DNA of 64,000 bases, taken from NCBI GenBank assembly GCA_951406725.2, contig OX597814.1, positions 154,008,001-154,072,000 of the forward strand. The letters are read 5' to 3'. Every line of letters starts with the position of its first letter. Position 1 is the stretch's first letter. Positions 1 through 13,372 of the stretch are shown here, in pieces. The DNA comes from Octopus vulgaris. Its lineage: Eukaryota. The translations under genes were made by a program, and so were the position numbers. Under the pieces are notes generated by a model, which saw only the letters and a program-made list of their open reading frames with translations, was not told the origin of the DNA and searched no databases.

Positions 1-767
1 CTTGGTTTATTGTGAGATCTTGTAATTATAAAATTATATAATATTATATAAAATCATTAGTGAAATTAATTACGTTTGGTTTTCATTGGAACCTCTAATA
101 TATGAATTTGTGTATGATGGGATAATCTATTTGTTTATTAACATCCAGAAAAAAATATTAATAATTTCTCATTTCATCAATAAATTTGATATTTCATGTG
201 TATGTAATAAAATGATTAATGAAAAAAACATTGAAAAAAACGTAATATTACGATAGCTATCACTATTTGATAAAACTTGTCAGAAAAGTTATGGTGAATT
301 AATTATTACATAGAGACAAGGTCACAAATTTATAAGAGGTTAAAGTAGATTGGTTTAGCTCTTGTCTTATTTTTGAAAGAGCAATATGAAGTGACACGGT
401 TACAACTATGATTCGAAATCAGATTTAGATCTCGGCTCATAGCATCAAACTGGGAGAAACGGTCTTAAACACGATCATTTGCGTTATGGTCCTAACTTGG
501 TTCTTTATTCTACACTCCTAAACTTGAATAAACGATTGCACAAAAGATACTGAAATCAGTTAAAGGATACACAGATGCGGGAATTTGTTCCATTGCCTAA
601 ACGAGAACAAGTGGAAAGAAAATTTAATAAAAAGAATTATAAACTGGTGGTGGTCTGCATCGGAAATTTTATTATTGGTAATATATGAAGCTATTTAAGC
701 ACAAATGCTGTTTGGGGGAAAATGTTCTGAGCAGGAGGTAGTTTGTGACATAAATATATTTTCCACA

Positions 768-799
768 CTTTGACAAAGAACTTGATCTGAAACGTCAAG
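768..799 (+). ncRNA. Degenerate minimal hammerhead motif at the end of a probable Penelope remnant (~300-830)
   Basis: ctt-TGACAA-AGA(acttga)TCT-GAAAC-GTC-aag with a mutated core. Upstream frames give LGETV and KREQVERKF, reminiscent of a GIY-YIG domain end. Confidence 0.35.
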
Positions 800-1519
800 A
801 TATATTATCCCTCCACAACTGCACGCTAATGAAAGGAAGAATAATATAGTTGAGTCACTATTATATTAGGTCAAACATCACTGTCTTTGTTAGTTATATA
901 TTTTCTTCTTAAAAAGTGATACATACTGGATAATAATTACTGAAGAATTATTGACTCTTTAGAAAATTTAACTACATTTGTGTTTGTATTGACTTTTTTT
1001 TCATCTTTTGAGTTTACAGCCGTAATGTAGAGGATTGGAAATTCCTATAGTATAGCCTCGGAAATAATTTAATATGCCAAAAATCGTAATTTCTTCGGAT
1101 CTATGTTTTTAAGCAATATAGATCACGAATCCACAAACAATACTGATGCAGGATGGATTTTCCGTAATTTTTCAATTTTAACTTTCTTTTCAAAACATTT
1201 TCTCTTCAAATTCATGTTGATTCTTCAAAATAATGCGTAGCCTAAATCTGAAAGAATTTTCAGAAAAAGTCAGTTATAGGGGTTTAAAGTTTGATCATGT
1301 TCGCCCAGTCAGGAAACAGGACTTGGAAGCTGTCATTTTGCACGTGATTTTGTCCTCAGCATCCTAAAAATAGCACATGTTGTCAATATTTGTATTCTAC
1401 ACGCAGAAAACTAGTAGATAACATGTCTTTTGTAGTTTGAAGCATTCAATATGCATTTAATGCGATAGCACGAACTTAAAAGATTTATCCAAAAACGTTA
1501 TTTAGCTGTTATTTTTAGT

Positions 1520-1890
1520 ACCAACTGGATGACGAAGCAAGTTCTCCACACTTATTTCCATAATATAGTTATTATAATCAACAGCTGTGCAATGTTTCAT
1601 CCCCAGTTCTTCAACACAAAACTGGACTGAAGTCAATTCCTTAACCCATGAGTAAAGGAAAAGCACTACGGTCCTAAGAGGAAGGGTACCACCTTCAAAT
1701 CATGTGTTCTTTTTCACTGACACAGGCTTCATGCATTCTCAGTGCGAGCATCGCTAGTACACATTCTCACCACTTCTCTTTGTACTCATAACATGCTTCT
1801 TCCTTTTACATAATTTTCTTTTGGGTATAACACCCATTTTTTTGTAGGTACGATACAGCATCTTCCTTTATTCTTGGTGTCGCCATCATA
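1520..1890 (-). mobile_element. Merlin/IS1595-like transposase remnant (N-terminal zinc ribbon/HTH)
   Basis: Interrupted translation KEDAVSYLQKNG...Y*RCSH*EC.K.VS...NT*FEGGTLPLRTVVLFLYSWVKELTSVQFCVEELGMKHCTAVDYNNYIMEI. Confidence 0.7.
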
Positions 1891-2289
1891 GACACGCAGT
1901 TACCAGAGTTTACTGCTATAATCAAACAGATTGGTAAAATTTTCAGGTGGATAAAACAGTAGAATACAGCCTCAACAAGTGGTTTCGGTATATTTGTCAA
2001 CACATGCTTTCTCACAGACAAAACAGTTCTCATGTTCTGCTTGTTCCTATGGAAACAAGCATGAATATGTCTGTGGCTTACGATTAGTTAAAATTACTCA
2101 AAATTTTCAAACTTTAATTGCTAATAACTCTTTATTGTTTTAAGCAAAAATGATTTTCATGACATTCATTAGCCTATAAAAGTGTATCATCACACTGAAT
2201 ATGAAATCAATTCAAACAGAAATTGACGCTGGCTGCCAAACAGAAAAGATCCAAAAAAATTTCTCACAAATTTAATATGGTCATTGTTA

Positions 2290-2700
2290 AATCTGGCCAT
2301 TAGGTTGTGGGTAGCGATTTTCTTTACTACTTCAGGGAGTGATGACCCTGCCTGACACAAGTCCCAGGCTCAGCTGGCTCTGGCTGACAGTACCTGGTAT
2401 GGGACCCTATCCAGGGTTACGGAAAGGAGACAACCTTCAAAGAAATCCGGAGTGGAGCCCATAGGCAGCTTAGTGTTCGACTCGACACTCTTCTGTCAGT
2501 TCCTGCAACAAGCTGGTGCCAAACATAATGCTCTACACTCCTTTGGACTACGTCAGCAAGGTCGAGAGAGGAATCTTGACGATTGGGCTACCCAGGATTT
2601 TCTTACATCTAGCCCAGGCCTGTGCAAAACTGGAGAGGACATGAAATGTAAAAACCAGACTTGATTAGTTTATGCACAACTCCATTGTCTCCCAAGACAA
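2290..2700 (+). mobile_element. Probable 5' UTR fragment of an RTE-type LINE
   Basis: GC-richer island in the style of an RTE 5' UTR; no ORF support. Confidence 0.3.
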
Positions 2701-4113
2701 ATGGATGCCAACAATAACAAATCTGGCCACAATATGGTGAAAAAGCACAAAATAATTAAAGAGAGTGGTATATTGATGCTACTTGCCAAACTGATGTATT
2801 CATGCGCAGTGAGAGGTCAGCCGGAAGATGAATTCAAGGCTTCAAATATCGAGTTTGTGCTAGAATTTCAAGAAGTGGATGAACTAATAAGTAGACATAT
2901 ATTTCTACAAAAAAATGCCTTAAATTGAGCCCAAACAGCATAGAATCATCGTATTGAGAATGTTGTTTATTCCCTCTCACTGTTTTAATAACTTGTGGAG
3001 AAATACTGGTCAAATTTCACCAATAAAAACTATATTGTGCAATGAATATAATTTTGTAGACTATTAAAACCAGATATGATTTTTTTCCATTCTGAGTACA
3101 GTCAACTTGTGTTAGTGTTTACTTATTCGTTTTGGGTTGTTGTTTTTTCTGCCTCCTACTAACGAGTTTGATGTGAGCTATAGGTGTTTTTAATATCTTT
3201 ACTTTATGATTTTAATGCTTAAAGTAAGAAATTAGTTTTCACATTTGGTTATTTTTTTTTTAATTTAGGTCTACGGGCAATTCTGAGAAAAGTATCAGGT
3301 ACTAGAAACAACAGCTAAATCTCCCTAATATCATACATCTTTTCATCTGAATTTTTTAACCAAAATGGCTTCTTCCATTGCTTTTTAAATGTGTAGTGCA
3401 ATATATACCATTCATTTCCAAAATCATGATCAAAATAAATAAACAAATAAATAAGAAAAATCCCCGTCAAAATGGAGAGAAGCCAACTTATGTGGGCGTC
3501 CTGATCCAAAACTCCACCATTTATAACCATTTTTAATAGTTCTTTAAAATTTTATTGAAATGGTGTCACATCCCAAAATTTCAGGATTTATTTAGTTCTA
3601 TGACTACTACAAATGTGCCAAAACTCAAGTCCCTGTGGCTTGTATTGTGAGATTTTGTTAGGTTTGACAACACCGCAAAATTGACAGTTTGTGTTGTGTA
3701 ACAAAATAGGCTTTAGGATAAATGTTTAAAAAACTGCCAAAAAAGTTTTCTTTCCAAGAATCTGAAAAAAAAATAGGTAACTACTACACTATGGTCAATA
3801 TTAATTTGTGTAATTTGAAGATTAACATCACCTCAGTTTCAAAGATATGGCATCACAAATATGGCTAATTATTCATTTAGGACAATTAGGCAAGATTTCA
3901 ACCAATTCGATGACCATTCGATTTGTCATATTTCCTAAAATACTCATCCTACTTTCACAAATGAGATATCGAAATGTTTCTTTTTGGATGTTCTCCAAGA
4001 AAAAGTACAGTAGAAATAACATTTAGATATTTTCAAAAATTCATAGTGATACCTATCTAATAATACTTAGTTTTCACTAAACCAGAGAACTAGGATGCTA
4101 GCATCCCTTAAAG

Positions 4114-6963
4114 CAGTGTCTGCCAAAATTTTTTACCTTACAACACACTGGGTGAGGAGAATTTATTGTGGCACATCAAATAAAAATCCTAACAAAATTG
4201 AATATACTTTATTAGTATGAATAAAAATAAAAAAATTCTTATTATAGTAACAATAAAATAGCATTGTTTTATGAACATATAATAATAGGTAATATAATAC
4301 AATAATAATGTTTTTAGTAAGAAGGATGCAATTGGTTTTGAGAAAGAATTTTGTCAAAATGCGACTCTCTAATTTAGATAAACAAATATGTAATTCCTCA
4401 TCTACCATCTGTTATTGTTCCCATTTTTTGGACTTCATTTCCATAAGCGCAGAGATACCTAATTCGCAAAGATACGATGATCCAAAGGGCAATGGAGGTT
4501 GAATGTCTGTAGTAGCTAATTGAGGATATTGACTCCAAAGCAAAATCCAAAATTCTAACAATTCTAGCATAGAAAATGAGGTTTTGTGCGCAGGATCATT
4601 TTTGAAGTCTATTAAATTTTCTTCTTCTGTTAATGTTAACGACAGGTGTATACTGTTGTATCTTGTGAAAGGATTGATGACCCACTCATACATTTAATAA
4701 TCAAGTGATGGAAACTACTTAGAAAATGATACAGAGAGGTTTTCTACTGTATTTTGCACTTCTAACAAAATTTTTAATTTGTTTGGAACAGCCTCTATGC
4801 TCGGGAAGCAATCAAGCTGCAAGTTTTTAACTTGCCTTATCCACAGTTCTAACTTGTCGGTGAAAGACTTTAATTTGCCTCTAATTGTAATAATATTTTC
4901 TTTAGCTCCTTGCAAACTCAAATTTAAAATGTACAACTTCTCAAAAAGATCATTGAGAAATGCTACTTCCAGCCACCAATTATTATCATTAAGAAATTCA
5001 AATCCAGAATGTTCAGCATTGAAGAAACATTATTTCAGTTCATAAAGAGATAAATCAAGAGAGCACTTTTCCTTTTGAGAACCATTGCACTTCTGTATGG
5101 AACAGTAAATACTTAAAATCAGAATCCATAGTTTCACATAGGGATGCAAAATCTGCACCGTAAGGAATGCAATTTTATGTAATTCACCACTTTAACGACA
5201 TTGTCCATTGTCTTCAGGAGACCATCAGGTAGAGATTTTGACACCAAAACTTTGTGGTAAACCATGTAATGTACAATTTTAATTTGTGAATTGTTTTGTA
5301 ATACATGAGCCATGAAGCCTTTTTTTTTTTCGACCCTGCATGGATGGAGTGCCATCAGTGCAAACGCTAATACAAGTTTGCCACTGCACCCCTCTCAATA
5401 CATTTTGGTTTACCATGTTAAAGACATCTTGTCTTATCATTCTTTGCTTCAATTCACAACAAAAGAAAAACTGACTTATGATATTACCACCTTTGATGAT
5501 TCACAGAAATGAAATTAGTTGAGTGTTGTTGCTGATGCCTGTACTTCCATCGATTTGTAAGGCGCATAAGTTTTTGAGTTCATTTTTTGCTACAGTGAAA
5601 TGTTCATGGAGCTGATCATCAATGTCTCGTGAAATGTCTTGAATTTTACGAGAAATCGTGTGGGCAGACAAAGGAATGTCTTAGTTTGTTTGACGGCTTC
5701 ATCACTAATCATTGTGCCAACAGCAATCTCCAAGGCTAGTAAAATAATGTTTGTGGCATCAGAGTGTGGTTTTTCCCTTTTCTGCCAAAAGCTGGGCAAT
5801 CTTGTAACTAGCGATTTGAGCTTACTCGGGAATTGAGTAAAATTTCTCCAGCTTTTTTTAAATTATTTTTTAGCATTTCAAAGTATTCTTTTGGTTTGTC
5901 CTTATGTTGCAGACGATTTGTTATTAAATGACGTTGAAATTTACTGGGAACCATAACTTCATTTGAGAGTGTTGATAAACAAATCATACAAAAAGGAACC
6001 AAGCTGTCTTTTACCGATAATATAAAACCATATTGGATGTAATTTTCATTATATTTTCGTTTTGATGAGGCTGACATTTTATTCTGGTGTTCATCATGTT
6101 TACTATGACTCGCTTTCTCATTTTTCTGAGGTTTCAAAAAAATTTGTCTTTGTTTAAATCTAAAACTAAAAATCGATTAAAATTAACATAAAATAACTTA
6201 TGCAAATTATAAATAACTAAAAAATTAAAAACTATTTAAACCACTAAGCAATTTAAGATCTGCATAAGATCTGGTCATCAAATCTAAGTAGAGACTTCAA
6301 ACTTGAAATCTTCAAAGCCACAGTTGAACCAATTCTACTATATGGCTCAGAAACTTGGACGTTATCAAAGAAGCTTGAGAGGCGGTTGGATGGAACCTAC
6401 ACTCGCCTCCTTATGAGAGCTCAAAATCTCTTGTGGAAGCGCCATCCAACCAAAATGCAAATATATGGGAAACTACCACCTGTGTCATCTCTTGTGAAAG
6501 GTAGGAGAGTCCAGTTTGCTGGACATTGTTGTAGCTGAAAAAGAGGTAATTTCTACTCTTCTCCTCTGGAAGCCATCTACTCACAATACCAGAGGGCGCA
6601 CACTCTCCTACCCTGATGTAATCTCCAGGGATACAGGCATCCAGCAACAGGACCTCCATAATGCCATGATGGACCATGAAGTCTGGCATAGCATGGTAAA
6701 TTCCATCGTCTCGAATGATGATGATGAAGCAATTTACTTACAGACAATCCCAGTTTAAATGCAGAAATGTGATATATTGTAGCAAAACTTCAGTTCATCA
6801 TATAACATAATTAATTTATCTTTACCGTATTTGACAATTTATATTTATGCTTGAACTTTGTGAATGTTCTTGGATCATTGTTTCCCAAAAATATTTTATG
6901 CAGCGCTCCAAGAATCTCTTGCACCACACCACTGTGCTGCGACACACAATTTGGCAGACACCG
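4114..6963 (-). mobile_element. Full-length decayed hAT (Buster/Charlie, ZBED5-like) DNA transposon
   Basis: TIRs CAGTGTCTGCCAAA / TTTGGCAGACACCG; exact 8-bp TSD CCTTAAAG (4106-4113, 6964-6971). Fragmented transposase from the BED finger (KRKYNENYIQYGF...CMIC...PSKFQRHL) to hATC (LPFGSSYLCELGISAL..KSK). Confidence 0.93.
6256..6726 (+). mobile_element. 5'-truncated RTE-clade LINE nested in the hAT element
   Basis: Translates FKATVEPILLYGSETWTLSKKLERRLDGTYTRLLMRA...RRVQFAGHC; (GAT)n tail; 10-bp TSD AAGCAATTTA (6246-6255, 6727-6736). Confidence 0.9.
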
Positions 6964-7374
6964 CCTTAAAGGATTACAGGTCCTTGATACAATTATATAT
7001 ATATATTATTAATATTATAAAAACCAAGAGAGAAGATGGTGATAAGATTAGTATAAGTTTATTAATACATTGACAAGACCTACAATTGTTTCAGTTCATC
7101 GCTTGCAGCATAAAATGAAACAAATTTAATTTAATTTAACTAAATCAATTTAGAGAAGTGGGAGGTGATATGCGTTGAATTGCACTATTTATCTCTTTGC
7201 AGTCCCTACTGATCATTCTCATTCTCTCTTCTAAATGTGAGCTGCCATGCAATTCCTCATTAACAAGAATGTGCTCTGTCCCACCCATTTCTCTCATACT
7301 TTAATCCCTCATCTCCCTGCATTAAGCCAACCACCACCCTCAGAGTTTGTAGTCTTGTGAGCTGCATGATAACC

Positions 7375-7630
7375 TCACTAGTGCTGGTAGCATGAAAAAG
7401 CACCCAGTATACACTACAAAGTGATTGACATTTGGAAGAGCATTCAGACATAGAAACCATGCCAAAGTGGAAAGTGGGGCACAGTACAGTCCTTAGACTC
7501 ATCAGATCTTGTCAAACCATCCAATCCATGTCAACATTGATCATAGATATTAAATGAAGAAGATGATGATGATGATGACAACGATGACGGTGATAATGTT
7601 GATGATGATGATGACGAGGATGATGATTTT
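7375..7630 (+). mobile_element. RTE-type 3' tail repeat ending in (GAT)n; other copies at ~12455-12780(+), 14306-14600(-), 42170-42350(-), 48155-48292(-), 55430-55652(+)
   Basis: Shared 'ggtggcacgtaaaaagcacc...aacccatgctagcatgga...ttaaatgatgatgat' consensus. Confidence 0.7.
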
Positions 7631-8035
7631 TATCTAGTATGTTTAACAATTTTCAAAATGCTCTGGTGAAATTTTATGACTGTTAATTTTAGCTAATTTT
7701 ATACAATGATATAGAAATTCCTTTCTTGCCATCAACAACACTCTGTCCAGTTTAGCACCACAATCTCATGCATCTACAAGGGTGCTTCTACATGATTCCT
7801 AGACCGATTAGAAATAGCAGCCAAATCTCTTTCAAATCACTTTCTTCCATTTTAAATAAAGAACAATACATCAGACAATAAAGACCCTGATAAGTAAAAA
7901 AGATTAAATGCTTTTCTCAAAATTTATTTATTGTATTTGATGACATAAAGAAGAATGTTCTGCTGGTTCACTTTGATCATAAGTCTGCTTGATTGTGGAT
8001 GACCTTGGGCTGAACAACCACCTCAGAGACAATAC

Positions 8036-8140
8036 CTGATCCTTTGATACCCTACATGTCTGTCTCGTCTTAATAGGTTTACATACAGATATCCTGGTTG
8101 AATATCCTCCACATCAACCTCAACAGTTAGGGAGTGTGAC
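8036..8140 (-). CDS. Candidate isolated coding exon (105 nt, phase 2-2): SHSLTVEVDVEDIQPGYLYVNLLRRDRHVGYQRI
   Basis: ttgcag|G...ATCAG|gtattg, open frame, non-repetitive protein-like sequence; partner exons not confidently found. Confidence 0.3.
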
Positions 8141-9233
8141 CTGCAAAGGTCATGAATATCCTCACACACATCACCACCACCACCACCTCAATCCTCCTCA
8201 TTCTTTTAAAAATTGAAATTTTCTCTTCAGTGCTTGTTATCATACATTGAAAGAACCAGTCTTATCTCGATACAAAGCAGGGTAAAAGAATGGTTGTAAT
8301 GTCACATAAAATAGTGTTTGTCTCCATTTTATTATAATCTGGTTCACCTCTAGAGCTGAAGAGCTATAAAACATTACTCACAAATAAATAAAATTTTGTT
8401 TAAAAAAAAAATGTTTGTAGCAAAGGAATTCACTGACTCCTACACAGCTTCTGGCTATAAAGTTCAGCAACTTCAACCTAGCCATTCATTTACTATCTCA
8501 CATACACGGCATTATTGACAGAAGTGCCAATCTCAATCAAACATTTGTCAAATGGTTAGATAACCATGGAAACAAGACACATTCAGTTTCAGGCTCTGAT
8601 AGATTTTACTTTCCTTGTGGTAAAGGCAAGCCTTTGCTTATGTAATTATCCTGACATTTTGATCAACTAAAACATAGAGTTTGATAGACATGTTTCTGAT
8701 ATATTTCTTGTTTTTTTTTTATATCCTAAAAATTATTATTATCATAATGTTTTTGAAAAATTAACTTCATCTTTATAAATGAAAAAATGTTTTAACATTT
8801 GCATCTGTCGAGTGTTGGTGTGGCTGTGTGGTTGGTTAAGAAGCTTGCTTCTCAATCATGTGGTCTTGAGTTCAAGAGGGGAGGAGGCTGAGGAGGGGAG
8901 ACTGAGGAGGGAGGAGGAGGAGGATCTGCACTTCATCTTGATCAATTTGATCTCTGATTCTACTCTGTTATCTTGTTCTTAGATGCGTTCATCTAGGTGC
9001 AGTCAATTGGTGAAGTTGTTAAAACTTGCAATATTTGTTCTGGCTCCCTACAGTTTGAGTTCAAATCTCACTGAGATGCACTCTGCCTCTCCTTCCATAA
9101 AAAAAAAAAAAACTACCAGTACCAGTGCTGGTGCAACCTTCTCTCCCTCAAGCAGTCACATCATGGATGTTCTGCTGAGTCAATGATGGAAGGGCCAACA
9201 GGCCATACATATCTGCTCTCAGCTATATGTGCA

Positions 9234-9676
9234 TAGGAATGGCTGTGTGGTAAGTAGCTTGTTTACCAACCACGTGGTTCCGGGTTCAGTCCCACTGCGT
9301 GGCACCTTCTACTATAGCCTCGGGCCGACCAAAGCCTTGTGAGTGTATTTGGTAGATGGAAACTGAAAGAAGCCCGTCGTATATATGTATATATATGTGT
9401 GTGTCTTCTATATATCAGGCCGACCGAAGCCTTGTGTGTATATTTGGTAGATATGTGTGTATATATGTATTGTTTGTGTGCCTGTGTTTGTCCCTCCCAA
9501 CATTGCTTGACAACCGATGCTGGTGTGTTTATGTCCCCGTAACTTAGCAGTTTGGCAAAAGAGACAGATAAAATAAGTACTAGGCTTCCAAAGAATAGGT
9601 CCTGGGGTCGATTTGCTCGACTAAAGGCGGTGCTCCAGCATGGCCACAGTCAAATGACTGAAACAAGTAAAAGAGC
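9234..9676 (+). mobile_element. Dominant tRNA-derived SINE (head, internal microsatellite, tail)
   Basis: A/B-box head tggctgtgtggtaag...ggttcagtccc; tail ...gcatggccacagtcaaatgactgaaacaagtaaaaga; many copies in the window. Confidence 0.88.
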
Positions 9677-10242
9677 AAAAGCAAGGTATTTGTTGGTAAG
9701 TCATTCTCACTTGTGAGTGACAGCCATAGTAGTTTACATAATACTGGATTGGACTTATACTCTGAACTTTTATTTCAAACTTTAAGAGTTGTAATGCTCC
9801 TATTAACTTGGCCATGTGTATATCTTGGAGTACACATTCAAGGATAAGATACCTGGTGATGATAATCAGAGACTAAGGTGATTAGAATGTTGTTTGAATG
9901 CAAATATAAAAACAATTTTTATCTCTGAAAGTAAAGTTAATAGTTCAAACATTTAGACATTTGATATTCCAAAAGATTATTCTTCAGAGTTTCTTCATAT
10001 CAAAGCTGTTCCAGACTTTCTATTAAGAGATGGCTGGAAGGGGTTTTGAACATATTTACATTTTATAATTTAGTTGGCTGTGTGGTTATGAAGTTCATTT
10101 CACAAACTATGTGGTTCCAGGTTCAGTCCCATTGCATCGCACCTCAGGAAAATATCTATAATATCTACAGACAATCCAGTACCTTGTGGGTAGAATTGGT
10201 AGAGAAAAACTGAGAAGTCCATCTAGTATGTAAATATATATA

Positions 10243-10284
<42 letters not shown>

Positions 10285-10733
10285 GTGTTCCATTTGTCTT
10301 CATTAAAATGGTCTCTTTGTTTATAATCTCCAGTGATCAAAAAAATCTTGCTAATTTTAGCCTTCAGTACATGAAGGCCAGTGGAATGAAAAACAAAAGC
10401 ACCTTTCTTACAAATCAGACAAGGAAGAGTATCCTGAAGTAGTAATTCTGACTCAGCAAATTTAGTCTAACCCAATGGTTCTCAGTCAGGGTCTATGTGA
10501 CCCTTAGAAATCCATATAAGATTTTGTGTTAAAATTTATGAGCCATAAATTGTCTGATGACCTTGGGCTGAACAACCACTTGAGAGACAATACCTGATCC
10601 TTTGATACCCTACATGTCTTTCTTGTCTCAACAGGTTTACATGCAGATATCCAGGTTGAATATCCTCCACATCAATACACCAAATATTTGAACAATTTTT
10701 TAAAATACAATTCCTAATAATATTTACTCTTAT

Positions 10734-11118
10734 ACTTGTTTCAGTCATTTGACTGTGGCCATGCCAGAGCACTGCCTTTGGTTGAGCAAATCGACCCCAG
10801 TACTTATTCTGTCGGTCTCTTTACCAAATTGCTAAGTTACGGGGACGTAAACACACCAGCATCGGTTGTCAAGCGATGCTGGGGGGACAAACACAGACAC
10901 ACAAGCATATACACACATACATATATATATGTATGTGTGTATATGTATACATATATACGACGGTCTTCTTTCAGTTTCCATCTACCAAATCCACTCACAA
11001 GGCTTTGATCGGCCCCAAGGCTATAGTAGAAGACACTTGCCCAAGGTGCCACGCAGTGGGACTGAACCGGGAACCATGTGGTTGGTAAGCAAACTACTTA
11101 CCACACAGCCACTTCTAC
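10734..11118 (-). mobile_element. Dominant SINE copy, inside a hAT-type MITE (~10473-11247)
   Basis: Reverse complement of the 9234 consensus, including 'accttgggcaagt'; host MITE ends caatggttctca.../...ttgaaaaccacta. Confidence 0.85.
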
Positions 11119-12124
11119 GCCTATTTTTATTTGATAATAAAAATACAATAGGATCTTTTAAAAATTGGATAGTTATGAGGGTCTATAGATAAACATTGAA
11201 TGGTTAAGGAGTCCATTGATGAAAACAAAAATTATTGAAAACCACTAGCCTAATCCATTGTAGCACAGAAAAATGGACACGAAAACAGAATGAGCAAACA
11301 TAAGACGAAGTGATACAAAATAATGGAGGTGGAGAAAAGCCTTGTTTCAGCCTTTGTCCCCACATTGTTGACAATGTTACTTTTTTATTGGCATTCGCAT
11401 GGGTTGTCTAAAAATATCCTTTTTTTTCTCTCTAATCTAACAGCTAAAGTAATAAAATTAAGAAAGAATGTTTATATCATTGTTGTTGTTTAAGACCCCA
11501 TTCAGCTCTAATCGAGCTGACTTATGACAAAGACATTCCAGACATGATCATCATGTCTATTTGTATTTCCAGGACTACACTGGCCAACGGGCCTTTCGTT
11601 TTTAAAGACAGTAGAAAAATTGCGTGAGTTTGGGTTTCTATTTCTTGCAGGTTGATCACTTGCATAGAGGCTCCCACATTTGTTTATATAAAGTATAATA
11701 TAATAGCTTGAAGTGATTGGTTTTAATCATAGTTGTAACTAGTGTTCTGTCAATGATGATTAATAAAGCTACTGCAGAGGGGATTCTCAGTTGACATAGA
11801 AACAATGTCATTGGTGTGAGATTAATTTTTGTCAAGGTCTGAACATTTAGTTATTGTTTCTGCTGAAATGAATTATTCATCTAGGAATAAGACACATCAG
11901 AGATCAAACTGATCGATATTTACCAAAAAGAAAAATACACCTCTAACTAGTTACTAAAGAAATTCTATCATTCAAGTCTGTCCATATAACTGAATACATT
12001 AAATAATCATTCTGGGTCATGGTTAATTCCCACCCAGTCATTTTATTGTATATAATACTATCATAAAATATGACAAAGGGAATATTACAGTGTAACTGGC
12101 AATATGTTGGTTATGATGCTGAAG

Positions 12125-12410
12125 GTCCCAGTTGATCTGATCAACGGAACAGCTTGTTCATGAAATTAATGTACAAGTGGCTGAGCACTCCACAGAAATA
12201 TGTACTCTTAATATAGTTCTCAGGGAGATTCAGCATGACACAGAATGTGACAAGATCGGCCCTTTGAAATACAGGTACTACTCATTTTTGACAGCTGAAT
12301 GAACTGGAGCAACGTGAAATAAAGTGTCTTGCTCAAGGACACAAAACATTGCTGGGAATTGAACTCACAAACTTACTATCATGAGCTGAATACCCTAACC
12401 ACTAAACCAT
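12125..12410 (-). mobile_element. Second tRNA-derived SINE family (also ~29700-29900 +, ~41575-41715 -)
   Basis: Head ...tagtggttagggtattcagctcatgat...gagttcaattcc; core gtgtccttgagcaagacactttatttcac. Confidence 0.7.
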
Positions 12411-13320
12411 GGGCTTTCATTATCATAGTGTATGTTTGTTTTAACCATTTAGCATTCAGGTGGCATGTAAAAACCACCATCCGAATGTGGCTGATGCCAG
12501 TGCCACCTTGGCTGGCTTATATGCTGGTGGCACATAAAAAGCACCAACCGATCATGGCCATTGCCAGCCTCCCCTGGCACCTGTGCTGGTGGCACGTAAA
12601 AAGCACCTACTACATTCACAGAGTGGTTGGTATTAGGAAGGGCATCCAGCTGTAGAAATACTGCCAGATCAGACTGGAGCCTGGTGCAGCCTCCTGGCTT
12701 CCCAGACCCTGGTCGAACCATCCAACTCATGCTAGCATGGAAAATGAACGTTAAATGCTGATGAAGATGACGATGATGATTACTCTGTTAAATATAATAC
12801 TTATTTCTTCACAGTGTTTTGAATTAATCATGTATTATCTCATACATTTGGGATTTTGATGATATTACTGTATATTTTTAGAATGACATTGTAGGGAAGG
12901 TGTAAGAGGCTGGATCTTGACTGTTTGAACATAAAACAGGTAGAATATTTGGGCTGGATATGGCTGGTTTAAATGCAAAAGAGTTAAATGCTTATCATGA
13001 CTACCATAATATAAATTGTTTTAGTCTGAATACCTGAACTCAGATCAAGTCACTTATCAAACAAGTACAGCTCCAAAACATATTAATGTTGTTATTTTCA
13101 CTTTTCCATGCTTGCATGGGTCGGAGGAAATTTGTTGAGGTGGATTTCCTACAACCAGACATGTTTACATGGAAGACTGGAAACAAAGGGCACCACTAAC
13201 ATTTTGGTGACTCTTCTTTACAACTATCACGTGGTGTCAAAGCAAAGGAGCAATGGCACAAACACACTCACACACATACATACACACACACACATGCACA
13301 CACATGCACACACAGACACA

Positions 13321-13363
<43 letters not shown>

Positions 13364-13372
<9 letters not shown>

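Noticed and set aside
2330-2430. HDV-like ribozyme at a putative RTE 5' end
   Set aside because: I could not assemble the nested double-pseudoknot pairing by eye; it needs an RNArobo/Infernal search.
7075-7110. GAAAC-AATT-GTA half-hammerhead on the minus strand
   Set aside because: No CUGANGA core or stem II nearby.
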